DNA of 64,000 nucleotides from Macrostomum lignano (Eukaryota): NCBI GenBank assembly GCA_002269645.1, contig NIVC01000659.1, positions 62,001 to 126,000 of the forward strand, read 5' to 3'. Shown piece by piece: positions 39,047 to 49,895 of this stretch (position 1 is its first letter; each line of letters starts with the position of its first letter). The notes under the pieces were generated by a model. It saw only the letters and a program-made list of their open reading frames with translations, ran no database searches and was not told where the DNA came from. The position numbers and the translations under genes were made by a program.

Positions 39047-39555
39047 CGTCAAACTGACCTTGAATGAACCTTCACACCAATGAAGTGAAAACCTTTGTTT
39101 CCCAGCCTCAAATACATGATTGAAATACGTTCAACCAATGGGTTTTTCTTAAATGCAAAAAATCTGACTTATATCCATTTATCCAAACAGCAGAAATATT
39201 TTCACATTAATTTGGATAAAGCGGTAAAAAGTATGGGAAATCGCTGAGCAAGCAGGCATCAAGTAGCCGTAGCTGCATGCGGCTGAAACAGCAAATCGTT
39301 CGCTACGGTTTCACGGGTTACCTTGCCAACACTCCAAAGGCTCTCTACTACTTCCCGACGCACTCGGCACTCGAATGCCCAAATCCAGCAGTCGGAAACG
39401 CTGGTTCGCTGATAAGATTGGCGCTCACACGAGCCGCCCATGCAGTCAGGAAAGTTCGGCTAAAAAATAACCTTATCAAAGAACGCCTCCGCTCACGTCT
39501 GCGGTGGCCATGCGGTTGCAAACTGATCGTTGCAGGTGCATTTCCGCTTAAACAG

Positions 39556-39562
39556 TATAAAA
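39556..39562 (+). promoter_or_regulatory. Candidate TATA box upstream of the secreted polyprotein gene
   Basis: TATAAAA about 330 bp upstream of the ATG, separated from it by a 28-bp repeat array. Confidence 0.35.
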
Positions 39563-39634
39563 GACCATCGGATCTGATAGAGCAGATGTTAATTGAGCTC
39601 ATCTCCGAGCCCTCAGTCCAAAAACCAGTCCTGA

Positions 39635-39888
39635 AAAACCTCCGAGCACTCAGTCCAAAGCAAACACCTCCGAGCACTCAGTTCAAAGCAAACACCTCCG
39701 AGCACTCAGTCCAAAGCAAACACCTCCGAGCACTCAGTCCAAAGCAAACACCTCCGAGCACTCAGTCCAAAGCAAACACCTCCGAGCACTCAGTCCAAAG
39801 CAAACACCTCCGAGCACTCAGTCCAAAGCAAACACCTCCGAGCACTCAGTCCAAAGCAGTCCTGCAACACCTCTGAGCACTCAGTCCG
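39635..39888. repeat. 28-bp minisatellite (CACCTCCGAGCACTCAGTCCAAAGCAAA), about 8-9 units, ending at the polyprotein start codon
   Basis: Period 28 at 39665, 39693, 39721, 39749, 39777, 39805 and 39833. Confidence 0.95.
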
Positions 39889-41762
39889 ATGCACTTTGCA
39901 ATGCGCGCTCTGCTGCCTCTGCTGTTCGTCCTCTGCGGCGCTCTGGTCGTCGCCGACCCACTGCCCGCGGCCGACCAGCGAAGCCTTCGAGCGTCCCTTG
40001 CCGGCTTCGCCAGCCACCTGGCCGCCACCGAGGCCGCTGACGCCGCTCGGCTGGTGCGCAACTTCACGAGCTCCGCAGAGGACGTCAGCTTTGTTGAGGG
40101 CTCGGTGGACGCGGCAAAGGCGGTCCAGCAGCTGCGCTTCCTGCCCGCCCACTTCGTCAGCCGGCTGCTGCGAGTTGCCGAGTCCGAAGACTTTGTGGCC
40201 ACCTCGTTCGCGATTGAGGTCGAGGTGCCGCTGTGTCGCTACCAGCTTTTCGTCGGCTCCGCCCGGACCTCCGGAAGCGCCATCCAGTTCGGCGCTTTCT
40301 CCGCTCTCGTCTCTTGCAGCTTCGCGTCTAGGGACTGCGGAGACTGGGCGTTGCCATGGAGACGCTGCGATGAGGCGGAGTGGGGACCGGCTGTCCGTGA
40401 CATGCCGGCGCTGACGGCACTGCTCAGGCGAGAAGCAGCAAGTCGGATCCTGAGTCACCCAGCCATGGCTGCTCAACCGGCTTCACCCAGGTCTCGGAGG
40501 TCGGCGGGAAGCCAGGATTCGCTCCGCACCGGCGTGAGCAGCTTCCTGTCGAAGTTTCAGTGGTTGAGCGACCTCGTGAAGAGGCAGGAGCTGACGGTGT
40601 CCACGCCGATCCGAAGAATCACCAGCAGAGGCTTCGAGGTTTTCAGCCAGAGCGCCTCCATGCAGGCGATCGCAGAGGTCGATCCCAGCCAGTACCCCAG
40701 CTTTGTTGAGTACGCGCTCAACATGATTGACGTGTCGCCGACCGTGAGAAGCGAGGTGAGGCGGGGCGTCTTCGACCTGCTGCCATTCCTCGGACAGAGC
40801 GAGTGGCACGACTTCAACATCCTGTTTCGCTCCGGCTCGGGCGGCTCCACGAAGTTCGTCAGCGTCCTGGCGCACAACGGCGGCTCCCGGGGCTTTGACT
40901 TCGTGATTGCCGACTTCCAGACGTCGTTCCAGCTCGCCCCAGACCTGCTGGTGGTCGAGCGAAAGTCCAGCTCGATGTGGGGCGCCTTCGGCTCATCCGA
41001 GACCGTCATCCACAAAGTCCCCGCGTCCATTCGAGACGCCGACCTCGACGTTCTGATGGCGTTCTTCGATCTGGCCGCTTTCCGCAGGTTTGCCCTCATG
41101 CTGGACATCCCGGTGAGAGGCGCCCGCTTTAGAAGGTCTGCACATCTGCAGCCGTCGGGTACATCGCCGCGGTGCAGGCAGGCGTCAAGCTGTACGGCCA
41201 GATCGCCAAGACCTTCTCCACCAAGAAGACGTCGCAGATTGTCGGCAAGATCATCGGGAAGGGCTTCGACTTCTTCTCCATGCAGTCGCGGGCCCACGTG
41301 ATCTCCCGGATGAACCCAGCCTTCCTGCCGCGGTTTCTCGGAATGCTGGACCGACTGTACGGCTTTCCCGCAAAGTACCTGCCTCAGGTGAGCGCCGTGA
41401 TGGAGATGGTGCAGTTCGTGGGCCACCAGGACTGGAACAAGAACGACTTCCTGTTCGACGTGAACAGCGGCGGCCACAACGCGTGGGTGACGGTTCTGTT
41501 CAATCGGAACGAGGACGGCACCTTCAACTTCCTGATCGCCAACGTGCGGCAGCGCTTCCGGCTGGCACCGGATGTGCTCATCATCAAGGAGTCCAAGTCC
41601 GTGCTGGGCGGCATCTACCAGTCGGAGAAGTACAAGCTCCAGCGAATTCCAAGGAGCATCACAGAGGAGGACCTGCAGGCGCTGACCAACTTCTTCAACA
41701 TCTTCACCTTCAAGAGGTTCGGCCTGCAGCTGAACGTCGACACCCAGCAGCTGGACCCGTGA
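39889..41762 (+). CDS. Unidentified secreted protein with three tandem related domains separated by furin-type RxRR sites; reading-frame break near 41140
   Basis: Signal peptide MRALLPLLFVLCGALVVA. RSRR|SA at 40489-40506 and RFRR|SA at 41125-41142. ORFs 39889-41301 and 41172-41762 share GF.xFS, F..F...SGG, F.F.IA, F.LAPD.L...S.S..G and P.SI...DL..L..FF motifs. Confidence 0.8.
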
Positions 41763-42263
41763 GGTCCCTGGACTGGCTCGGCAGCCTCTTTGACTGCTCC
41801 AAGCTCTTGCCAACGCTGACAGTTCGCTGTGGGGAATGACAAGCAGCATTGCTACTGGCAGTAGTCGTATTGACATATTTCCTTTTTCCTGTTATTTCCA
41901 GCGTCAAAAGTGCATTGCTCTGTTTTCAAGGCAATTAATTTTAGCAACTGCCAAATTGAGCTTCAAAATTAATTTGTGCCATCCATCTGCGTCCTCAAGG
42001 CAATAATCTTGAACAAAATGAGTCTGCTCATTTGAGCTGAAAACACAGTTGACTTAACAGTTTATTTCGAAACAAATCTTTTTTATCTGATTGCATGACA
42101 GTGTGGTTCAAGATATTTTAGTCAGAGTGCTTTTACGGGCATTTGAGTCTCTTCTTTAGCACTTCAAGTATCCTCAAACACCTCAAACTCATCGTGACTG
42201 AATAGCATTAGGTCCATCATTATCATGATCTAATCGTAGCCATCCTGCTGAGGCTCCTGTCAC

Positions 42264-43010
42264 TCAGTGCACGCTGAACTTGACCCAGTCGGCGCTCGTC
42301 TCGATCTCCTCCTCCACCTGAGCGTCGGTGAACAGCAGCAGGTGGCAGGCCCTCAGCTTGCTGTTGTACAGCACGTGTCTGCTGATTCCGGAGTCGGAAG
42401 CGGAAATCACGCAGGCAACCTCTGATTTGAAGTTCTCTAAATCAGCGTGGCAGTACTCGGAGCTGGGGTTGTAGCTGGTGCGCTTGAATGGAGTCCGCTG
42501 CCACAGCAGGCCAGAGGCAGAGCGAGGCTGAGCTGCGCCAACGAACTCGCAGGCGAAGCCGCGCAGTTCCGAGCAGACGTTGTCAGACAGCTTCCCGACC
42601 GCGTCATTGTACTGTCCGATGCAGTCCTGGTTGCCTCCGCTGTTGTTTGGATCGCCTGCTCGCCACAGGGAGTCATTCAGAGGCAGAATGCCCTTGCCTT
42701 TCACCAGCTGCCAGCCCGACCTGTTCGTGCCTCTCTCCTCAGCCAGGTCGGACACTCCGAGCCAGATGCTGCAGTTGCAGCTGAGACTCGGCATGCTGCC
42801 CAGCAACTGCAGTGAGCTGTACGAGTTGAGCAGCTCGCCTCCGATCGATGCGCAGTGCCGATTTGCTGAGCACCAGGTGAAGCTCTGAGCTGTGTTCACG
42901 AACACGCATTTGCCGGCCTCGAGGCTGAACGGAGCGGGGCACTGGCACAGAGCTCGCTGCAAGTTCACCGCAACCAGAGCCAACAAGACGATAGCAGAGC
43001 TCGAAGGCAT
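42264..43010 (-). CDS. C-type lectin + PAN/apple-domain secreted protein, intact paralog C (single exon)
   Basis: Signal peptide MPSSSAIVLLALVAVNLQRALC; WCSANRHC, WLGVSD, W..GDPNNSGGNQDC, C.....FACE; PAN-like C-terminus. TATAAAT at 43078-43072 favours the ATG at 43010 over 43073. Confidence 0.88.
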   Translation of the reverse strand: MPSSSAIVLLALVAVNLQRALCQCPAPFSLEAGKCVFVNTAQSFTWCSANRHCASIGGELLNSYSSLQLLGSMPSLSCNCSIWLGVSDLAEERGTNRSGWQLVKGKGILPLNDSLWRAGDPNNSGGNQDCIGQYNDAVGKLSDNVCSELRGFACEFVGAAQPRSASGLLWQRTPFKRTSYNPSSEYCHADLENFKSEVACVISASDSGISRHVLYNSKLRACHLLLFTDAQVEEEIETSADWVKFSVH

Positions 43011-46000
43011 CAGCTCAGCAGTTTCTGGGAACGGATACCGCAAGGCGATTTTTTGAGCTTTCAAAGGAATCATTTATAGAGATGATTGCAGGGTGTTGCG
43101 AATTCAAGGGTATTTGGCAAGCCGTCATTCTATTTGTTTTGACGGCAGCTTGTTTGAATAGTTAATTGACTCTCTCAACTGTTATGGCAGAAAATTTCCC
43201 GCTTTCAGATCCACATGGTTTGGCGCGTCAACTGACTCGACAGGAGCTCCGGCTTCGTGGGTTTCCTTGACCAAAGTAGCAGCATGCACGATTGACAGTC
43301 CATTAGCCAAAATATATTTCTCTGTGAGCGGAGAGCCAAGCCATCGACTGTGGAGAGAAAGCTGTTAGGCATCTCAGAAAGCTTTTAAGTGAGTCGTTTA
43401 CCAGACCCAAACTGATGGATACTATCTCTGGCCTCTCACTCCTATCGGATAGTCAGCCCCAAGGCTAGCATAGGTGTAAACCGGGACAATTTCGAATAAT
43501 AAACAGTAGCTAATCCTGAGATTAACCTAATCCAACCAGTCCAAACCAGCCGTCTCGAAAACTGACTAAAAAGGGCTCTGCACCAACCTGCAAACTAGAT
43601 GCCTTTTACCTGCTGCTGGGACTGGATCGCATTGACCATGCAGGGACAGAGGACTCATTTTTGAAGGGGGGTTCTTGCAAGGCCAGACTATAGGTAGGGG
43701 AATGCATACTAATACATTATCAAGTTCCTATATGCAAGCTTCTGGCCATAAATGTGACTGGAAACTCTCCAATAGCGCTGATGCTGAGCAGTCATAGCCC
43801 TCTGCAAGACCCCATCGGTAGCATGGTGAATTCTGACATTAGATAAGCCACTTATGAAGCCTGAGTCAGCACTAGACCCTCTGGTAAATAAACCAGATAA
43901 CATCACAAGAACTTTCGCTCAAACAAGCTAACATGCCCTATTCCGGTTATGCAAAATGTTATCTTGTATGAATCCTGTTTGCGTGACGAAATCTTACGTT
44001 TCCTTGTTTCAAACAAGATTCAAATAGGATTCATTGACAAGGTAACATAGCCGGGTTATTCATGCGAATAAAAGGCGGAAAGCATTGAAATAAAATATTT
44101 CGCAGTAAAGAAGCGTATAAAAAGTTGGTTGCTTCAAGATGTTGTGAGTAGCACCTATTTAACAGCGGGGTGTCATTTGTAAGCGCCTCATACAAACTAA
44201 ACGGTAGCTCAACAGGAACGGAAACGTATGGAGTACAGCGTAGCAGAAGTCTATGAGTTTCGGGAGTCCAGTTATAATAAATAGACCTTTAGACCTACTT
44301 ATTATACTGTGGATACCGATTGATACTACAGAATTGCTGATCTGCTGCGATTTGGTGCTGAGTCGCAGGTCGGACCTGCTGGACTCGGACGCGAATCTGA
44401 CGCCAGTCGACGCGTGAGCCAGACGTTGGAAAGATCGGGTCGCGCGGCCGGACGGCGATTAATGAGACCACTGACGGGGGCTTGCATTATATGCCGGCGC
44501 AGTGGAACGACTCTGCATTATAAAGTTAAATTAAATGGCGATGGAAAGAAGTTTCTCAGAAATATACACAGTTATAAAGAAAACAGTAATGTACATACAC
44601 ATTCGATTGTCTCGCTCTAACAGACAGCGACGGTTCGCCGACAGGCATTGCAACCAGATTGGACTGTTCGCTAGTAATGTCAGCTGCGTCGATAGAATTG
44701 TCATTCGTAGGCTGGTCGTCATCCGGAATCAACTGGCTTTCCTTGAACGGCTGCTCGTAGACCCGAGACGAAGTGAATGGCGGATCATCTGATGCGCCGG
44801 CTCAAGCGGCGATGGCTTCGTCGTGCAGTTGCGTCCACGAAATGCCGACTGCGCTGGAAACTCTCCCGTTGGAAAATTTATGCACCAGCAGAGGCATAAA
44901 AGGTGAGCGAGGTGCACAAAAGAGGCACTTAGTGGCCTATTTCGTGTGTGTTTTGGAAGTGCACCTGAGTGCACCTTTTTGTGCCTAAATGTCACCAGCC
45001 GTTATTATCCCCTAACTGATTCTTCAGGAGGATCACCCACTGTTATCCCCCTCTCATCAGTCCCTGAGAAGTGGCACTAAAACAAGACCGAGAGATGTCA
45101 GTCCAATTCAAATGGCTTCAGCATCGTCGGCTTCAGGGTCGGCGTCAGCTTCGGCTGATGACTGACCGGCCGTCTGCTTCCTCTGCGTATTTTCGCCGGA
45201 GGGCGGCGGTTGCATCTTCCGCATGCGTAATTCTCAAAGTCGCCGGACAGCTGTTTTCATTTCATCATCCGGTCGGGTTATAAAATTGCGCATTTAGGTT
45301 TTACAACCTGAACGGTTGAAAACGCGGATGGGAGTTTTTAAAAAGGAAAACAATTGTCCCACACTTGCCGAAAAGGTGCCACAACTCTTAATGCTACATA
45401 TGTAAGTAAAAGAAAATCATGAAAGTATCATTTCCTACACTGATAAGTCCCAATGACTTTCAAATACAGAGGAAAAGTTCCGAAAAGCGGTGAAAAGGTC
45501 CCAAGCCGCTTTGGGGCAAACAGCACCCAACTAATCAAACCGCAGGCACATCTGTGACAACAGCGCATATGTTGTTATAACATCTGCAGATGAGACGGTC
45601 TGATAACAATACGGTGTGTATCAAATTATGTTTTTTATTACTTTTCATTTTATTTGTGCAAAAAAGGGATGCACGATAATGAAGATAGTAAGAAAGAGTA
45701 GGAAGCTGCTGAGGAAAATTTTTGAGGGAAAAGTGTATATAGTATAAGTATAAATGCTTTTGCAAAATTAAATACTATGAATATTCATGAATAATAATCC
45801 TAACGAATGTGGACGTTGTAGACATTGTAGACAATGACATGCTTACTACACTCGCTGTTTCTGGTCGTTCCAAGTTCTCGATCAGTTCTATTGATACTTC
45901 AAATCCTAATTCACGTTGAGCATGAAACATGAAACAGTAAACACAAAGAAATTATGTAAAATATGGCACAAAATAATAATTAGCGGAAATACGAGACTAG

Positions 46001-47329
46001 TTTTCCATAGATTAGCGTCCCGTATTAGAATAGAAGAGCTGCTAAGGGATGAAATGTGCCAAACAGGACGTCAACGCTCCGTGCAGAAAACAAACAGAGA
46101 AACAAAAAAACAGTAAAACAATGGACAAAACAGGATAAATTTAGGTAGAACAGCACGCTTGATAATGAGAAGTAAAAGAAAGGAGATTGCGAGCATTTTA
46201 TTATTTTAAATTCCAATCTGCCCGATGATGCCTAAAGTTAGGCGAAACATGTCGTTCTAAGGATAAATTTAACGAATGGATAAGCTGTCCTGCCTACAGT
46301 TTTGGGCGAAGTTCCGGCACTTGTGGTAGAGAAAGTTACTTTTTTTAAGACGGCACTTTTTCGGTTCTTTTTTTAGAATGCCTGACTTAGGTAGCTAATG
46401 GAAATCACTTGTGATAAGTCCGGTGCCTCTGGTAATTGAAAATGAAAACTAGAAAGGACCGGTAACGGAAGTACGTACCGGAAGTTACTTTTTTTAATAC
46501 CGGTACCGGAACAAGTATCGAAAGTTACTTTCCTTGGAACCGAATTAATTTAATCGGAAGTCACTTTTCTCAGAGAAAAAGTGCCTAAAACTGCATGACT
46601 ACAACTGCTCCACAGTCCACACCGACAGTCTGCTTAAAGTTCGGCGGCTCCCTCGGCGGCTTCCTGATCGGTGGTGTCGGCCAGTCGCGTCTTCTTAGAA
46701 AGCCGGCGCTTCATAGCAGTCTAGCGGCACTGATAGTGCTGTCGACGGAACTCCTTTTCATCCGCGTTCACGCCGATGTGCTTGGCGTATGCAATTGCCA
46801 CAGCCAGTTTTCTGGCGTCGCATCGCTGGCCACCTACCTGACCCTTGACGCGACCAGAGCAGGTCTCTCGCAAGAACTGGTCCTCGCTGAATAAAGCGTG
46901 AAGGTGTCGACGATATCGTTGTCGTCGACGTGCAGCAGCCCTGCGCAGTACGCGGCCACAAACTCGCGTATACTGGAGCATCCAACACTCTGGGCCGCTT
47001 CAAAAAGCGATTGGCCCCGGACTGATTGGCAGGTTTTGTTGGCTTCCTGCAAGCTCTTTTGCATATTTCTTTGGTCAAAACGCCTGATGTGGCCGAGGCA
47101 CGCGTACCATCATAATAAGTTGCTCGCGCAGCTGCGTGACAGAGCGGTCGAACGAACCTTTTTCGATGGTGGATTGCATTTTGCAGTATACCGAATGCTC
47201 TGAAATTGCAGGATACATTTATCGTCGATTTGAAGGCACGGTTCTGTAGTACTTGTTCTATCTCAGTGAATATTTATACATTTGAACTGAACTACTTTGC
47301 TATAATTGGTCATCTGATTTAAGGCTATG

Positions 47330-48233
47330 TGTTGTGAGCTGCGCCTCGCAATGCCCTTGCCCCGACCTCTGCGCTCTCCGCCCCTCCTCTCCCTGCCACT
47401 GGTTTTTTCTGGCTTGCCCCCTCCGTCTAAAGCTGCTATTCATTTTTTGTTCTCATTTTCATCAGCCCACATTTTCATTGGCTGGCTTACTTTCATCTCT
47501 CTCTCTCGCGTGGGCTAGTCCAATCATGTGTCTCGCCGCGGAGGCACCTGATTGGCTAGCCTTCCCTCTCGCCCTTCAACTCTGTGAGTTTTGCCCCCAC
47601 CCCCCAGCCCTGCGTGGCTAAGCCTACCCCAGTCCCCTGCTCAGTGCTCACCCAGTATTTATGTGCGCGCACGGCCCTCGCCCGGCTCTCGCCCTCCCTG
47701 CTCTCTCTCTACAACTCTAGCTCTACGCGTGTTTGAGTAAACACAAAAGCTGTTTTTGATTGATTGAAGAATTTGATTAATTGTTTTTGATTAAAGAAAA
47801 TTGAACTTAAAATACAGTCAACTGAAGCTGAGAGATTAGAAGCCACGCCTGCATGAGCGCGACAAGTGACCCCGCCCGGTAAGACAGCGTTCGCTTTCGT
47901 CAATTTGTCCCGTCTTCATTATTCACCTCTCCCGCCACCGTCTTCCTTCGGCTCTGCGAAGTGTCTGTACGCCTCCAGACCCGTACTCACCTCTGCTGTT
48001 GCTGCTGAGTGGCCACCTGCTCACAGCCTCCTCATCTGCATCTCCCTCTTTCCGTGGGGCTGGCCGAGTGTCTGTACGCTCCCAGCCTCTCCACCTCCAC
48101 CTCGAAGTGTCCGTACGCCTCGGGGGTCGCCAATCTCTCGCCTATCTCACCCGGCAAGCTCTGGGCAGTCCAGTACCCGAACCCCTGATCACCCCGTCTG
48201 CGGTCCGCACGGACGGAAGCAGAAAATACAACA
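47330..48233. mobile_element. Solo LTR (904 bp) of a second LTR-retrotransposon family
   Basis: Ends TGTTGT...ACAACA with an exact 4-bp TSD TATG (47326-47329, 48234-48237). No internal coding region. Confidence 0.75.
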
Positions 48234-48259
48234 TATGTACGAGCTATCCATATTGTATA

Positions 48260-48945
48260 TACGAGGGGTGTTCCGAAAGTTCTGAGACTTTTTGCCATAG
48301 AATTCAGGCAATCCAGAAACCAAGGAGCAGTCACGTGAGTGGCGCAGGCCAGAAGAAGGTCACCCAGTCAAGGCCCGTGCTGCTCCGTCTTCGGGGAAGA
48401 CAATGATCACTGTCTTTTGGGACACCGAAGGCGTGATCCTCATTGATTTCCTCGAGTCAGGCCGCACTATCAACGCTGCTTACTACGCTGACCTGCTGAG
48501 TGGGCCGCTTCGCCAAAAACTTGCTGTAAAACGGCCTGGAAAGCTGCACTCTCGGCCACTCCTTCAGCACGACAATGCCAGGCCTCACACTGCCAGGCAC
48601 ACCGTGAGAACAGTCGGCGATCTGCGCTGGGAACTGCTTCCACACCCTGCCTATTCACCAGATTTGGCACCCAGCGACTTTCACCTCTTCGGACCAATGA
48701 AAAAATCACTCCGTGGTCACCATTTCACCAGTCTGACTGAGGTGAAACGTGCGCTGAACAGGTGGATGGAGGCTACGCCAAGAAGCTTCTTCAATGATGG
48801 CCTTCGCAAGCTGGTGCTGCGGTGGAAGAAGTGTGTCGACTTGAAGGGGGACTACGTCGAGAAGTGTGACAGTTTTGAAGACTCTGAGTGACTGTGTTCG
48901 TTCGCTAGGGCAAAAAGTCTCAGAACTTTCGGAACACCCCTCGTA
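48260..48945 (+). mobile_element. Internally deleted mariner (DD34D) element
   Basis: Perfect 37-bp TIRs TACGAGGGGTGTTCCGAAAGTTCTGAGACTTTTTGCC flanked by TA. Contains only the C-terminal part of the transposase. Confidence 0.93.
48310..48891 (+). pseudogene. Mariner transposase C-terminal fragment
   Basis: NPETKEQSREW...GKTMITVFWD...HDNARPH...YSPDLAPSDFHLF with 34 residues between the second and third Asp. The N-terminal HTH domain and first Asp (TGDE) are absent. Confidence 0.9.
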
Positions 48946-49895
48946 TATCTACGCGGTTATCGAATTGGATCTCGGCGGTTTTATGCACAAAATGAGTGTT
49001 TCTGTGCAACTGTACATGTATAATGAATCAGGCTATCAGAGATTAATAACATATGAATAACTATAGTTGAAATTCCTGCCCAGCTTCTATATCCCTTTGA
49101 TATACGCGCTAGTGTACTGATACTACCAATATTAAAATAAGAAAGAAATGAATACGAGCGCATCACAAAACTTTTATTTGCACTTTTATTTGCGCCAGCT
49201 GTACGAGTACATGATTTGTACGAAGATCTCTAACGACTACTCTCTTGACTTGATCTGCTGCTGTTGTTGTTGTTGTTGAATGTAGACAGAATGCTCAATC
49301 CAAGGACTACTCAAGTAGAAGGACGAGAAACCTCGTTTCTTGGAAAATTTTAGGAGGCCTGTTTTACCGAAAAAATACACTACAGAGATAGGAAGTTTTC
49401 ATTTTTTCAGCACAAAAATTGTTATTACTTTCGATAGGACCCAGCGTTTATATTTTGATATGCTGGGCCTTTCTTATTGCTCTATCGATATTCATAGAGC
49501 TTTTCGTTCAGAAAATCAGGATTCTATGTTAATTTTTTATTCTACGCACACCCCCCGTACCTAAAACTCATAAAAATGCCCGGCACAGCTCCAATCTTTG
49601 GTTTTATGAATCTGTTTAATCATCTCTGTTACACATAGTTACACAGTCACTGAATGATTATTACACTGTCACTGAACGCTCTTCACTGAATGGTTATTGA
49701 TTACAGAGGAAGACCAGTCCATAGCCAGTTTTTTAGCATTGCAGCCGTACGAAGGACAAAATTGCAACTGTAAAATAAATGTATTTTAATTAGCGGCATT
49801 AACATGAAATTTGTTAACTTCGAAGACGTGAAAACATTTATTACATAATATATGTACAATGGAGGTGTCATTTAATCAAGTCATATTTGGACAGA

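Noticed and set aside
39277-39876. 199-aa ORF upstream of the polyprotein
   Set aside because: It spans the TATA region and the 28-bp array, and its C-terminus is repeat translation.
41113-41151. 39-nt GT-AG intron as the explanation for the polyprotein frame break
   Set aside because: Its length is a multiple of 3, so it cannot change the frame.
43709-45283. Scattered short ORFs in mixed-GC sequence
   Set aside because: No motif, termini or TSD could be recognised; this is possibly decayed transposon sequence.
46297-46593. Possible MITE with CAGTTTT(G/A)GGC ends
   Set aside because: The inverted similarity is short and imperfect, and no TSD was found.
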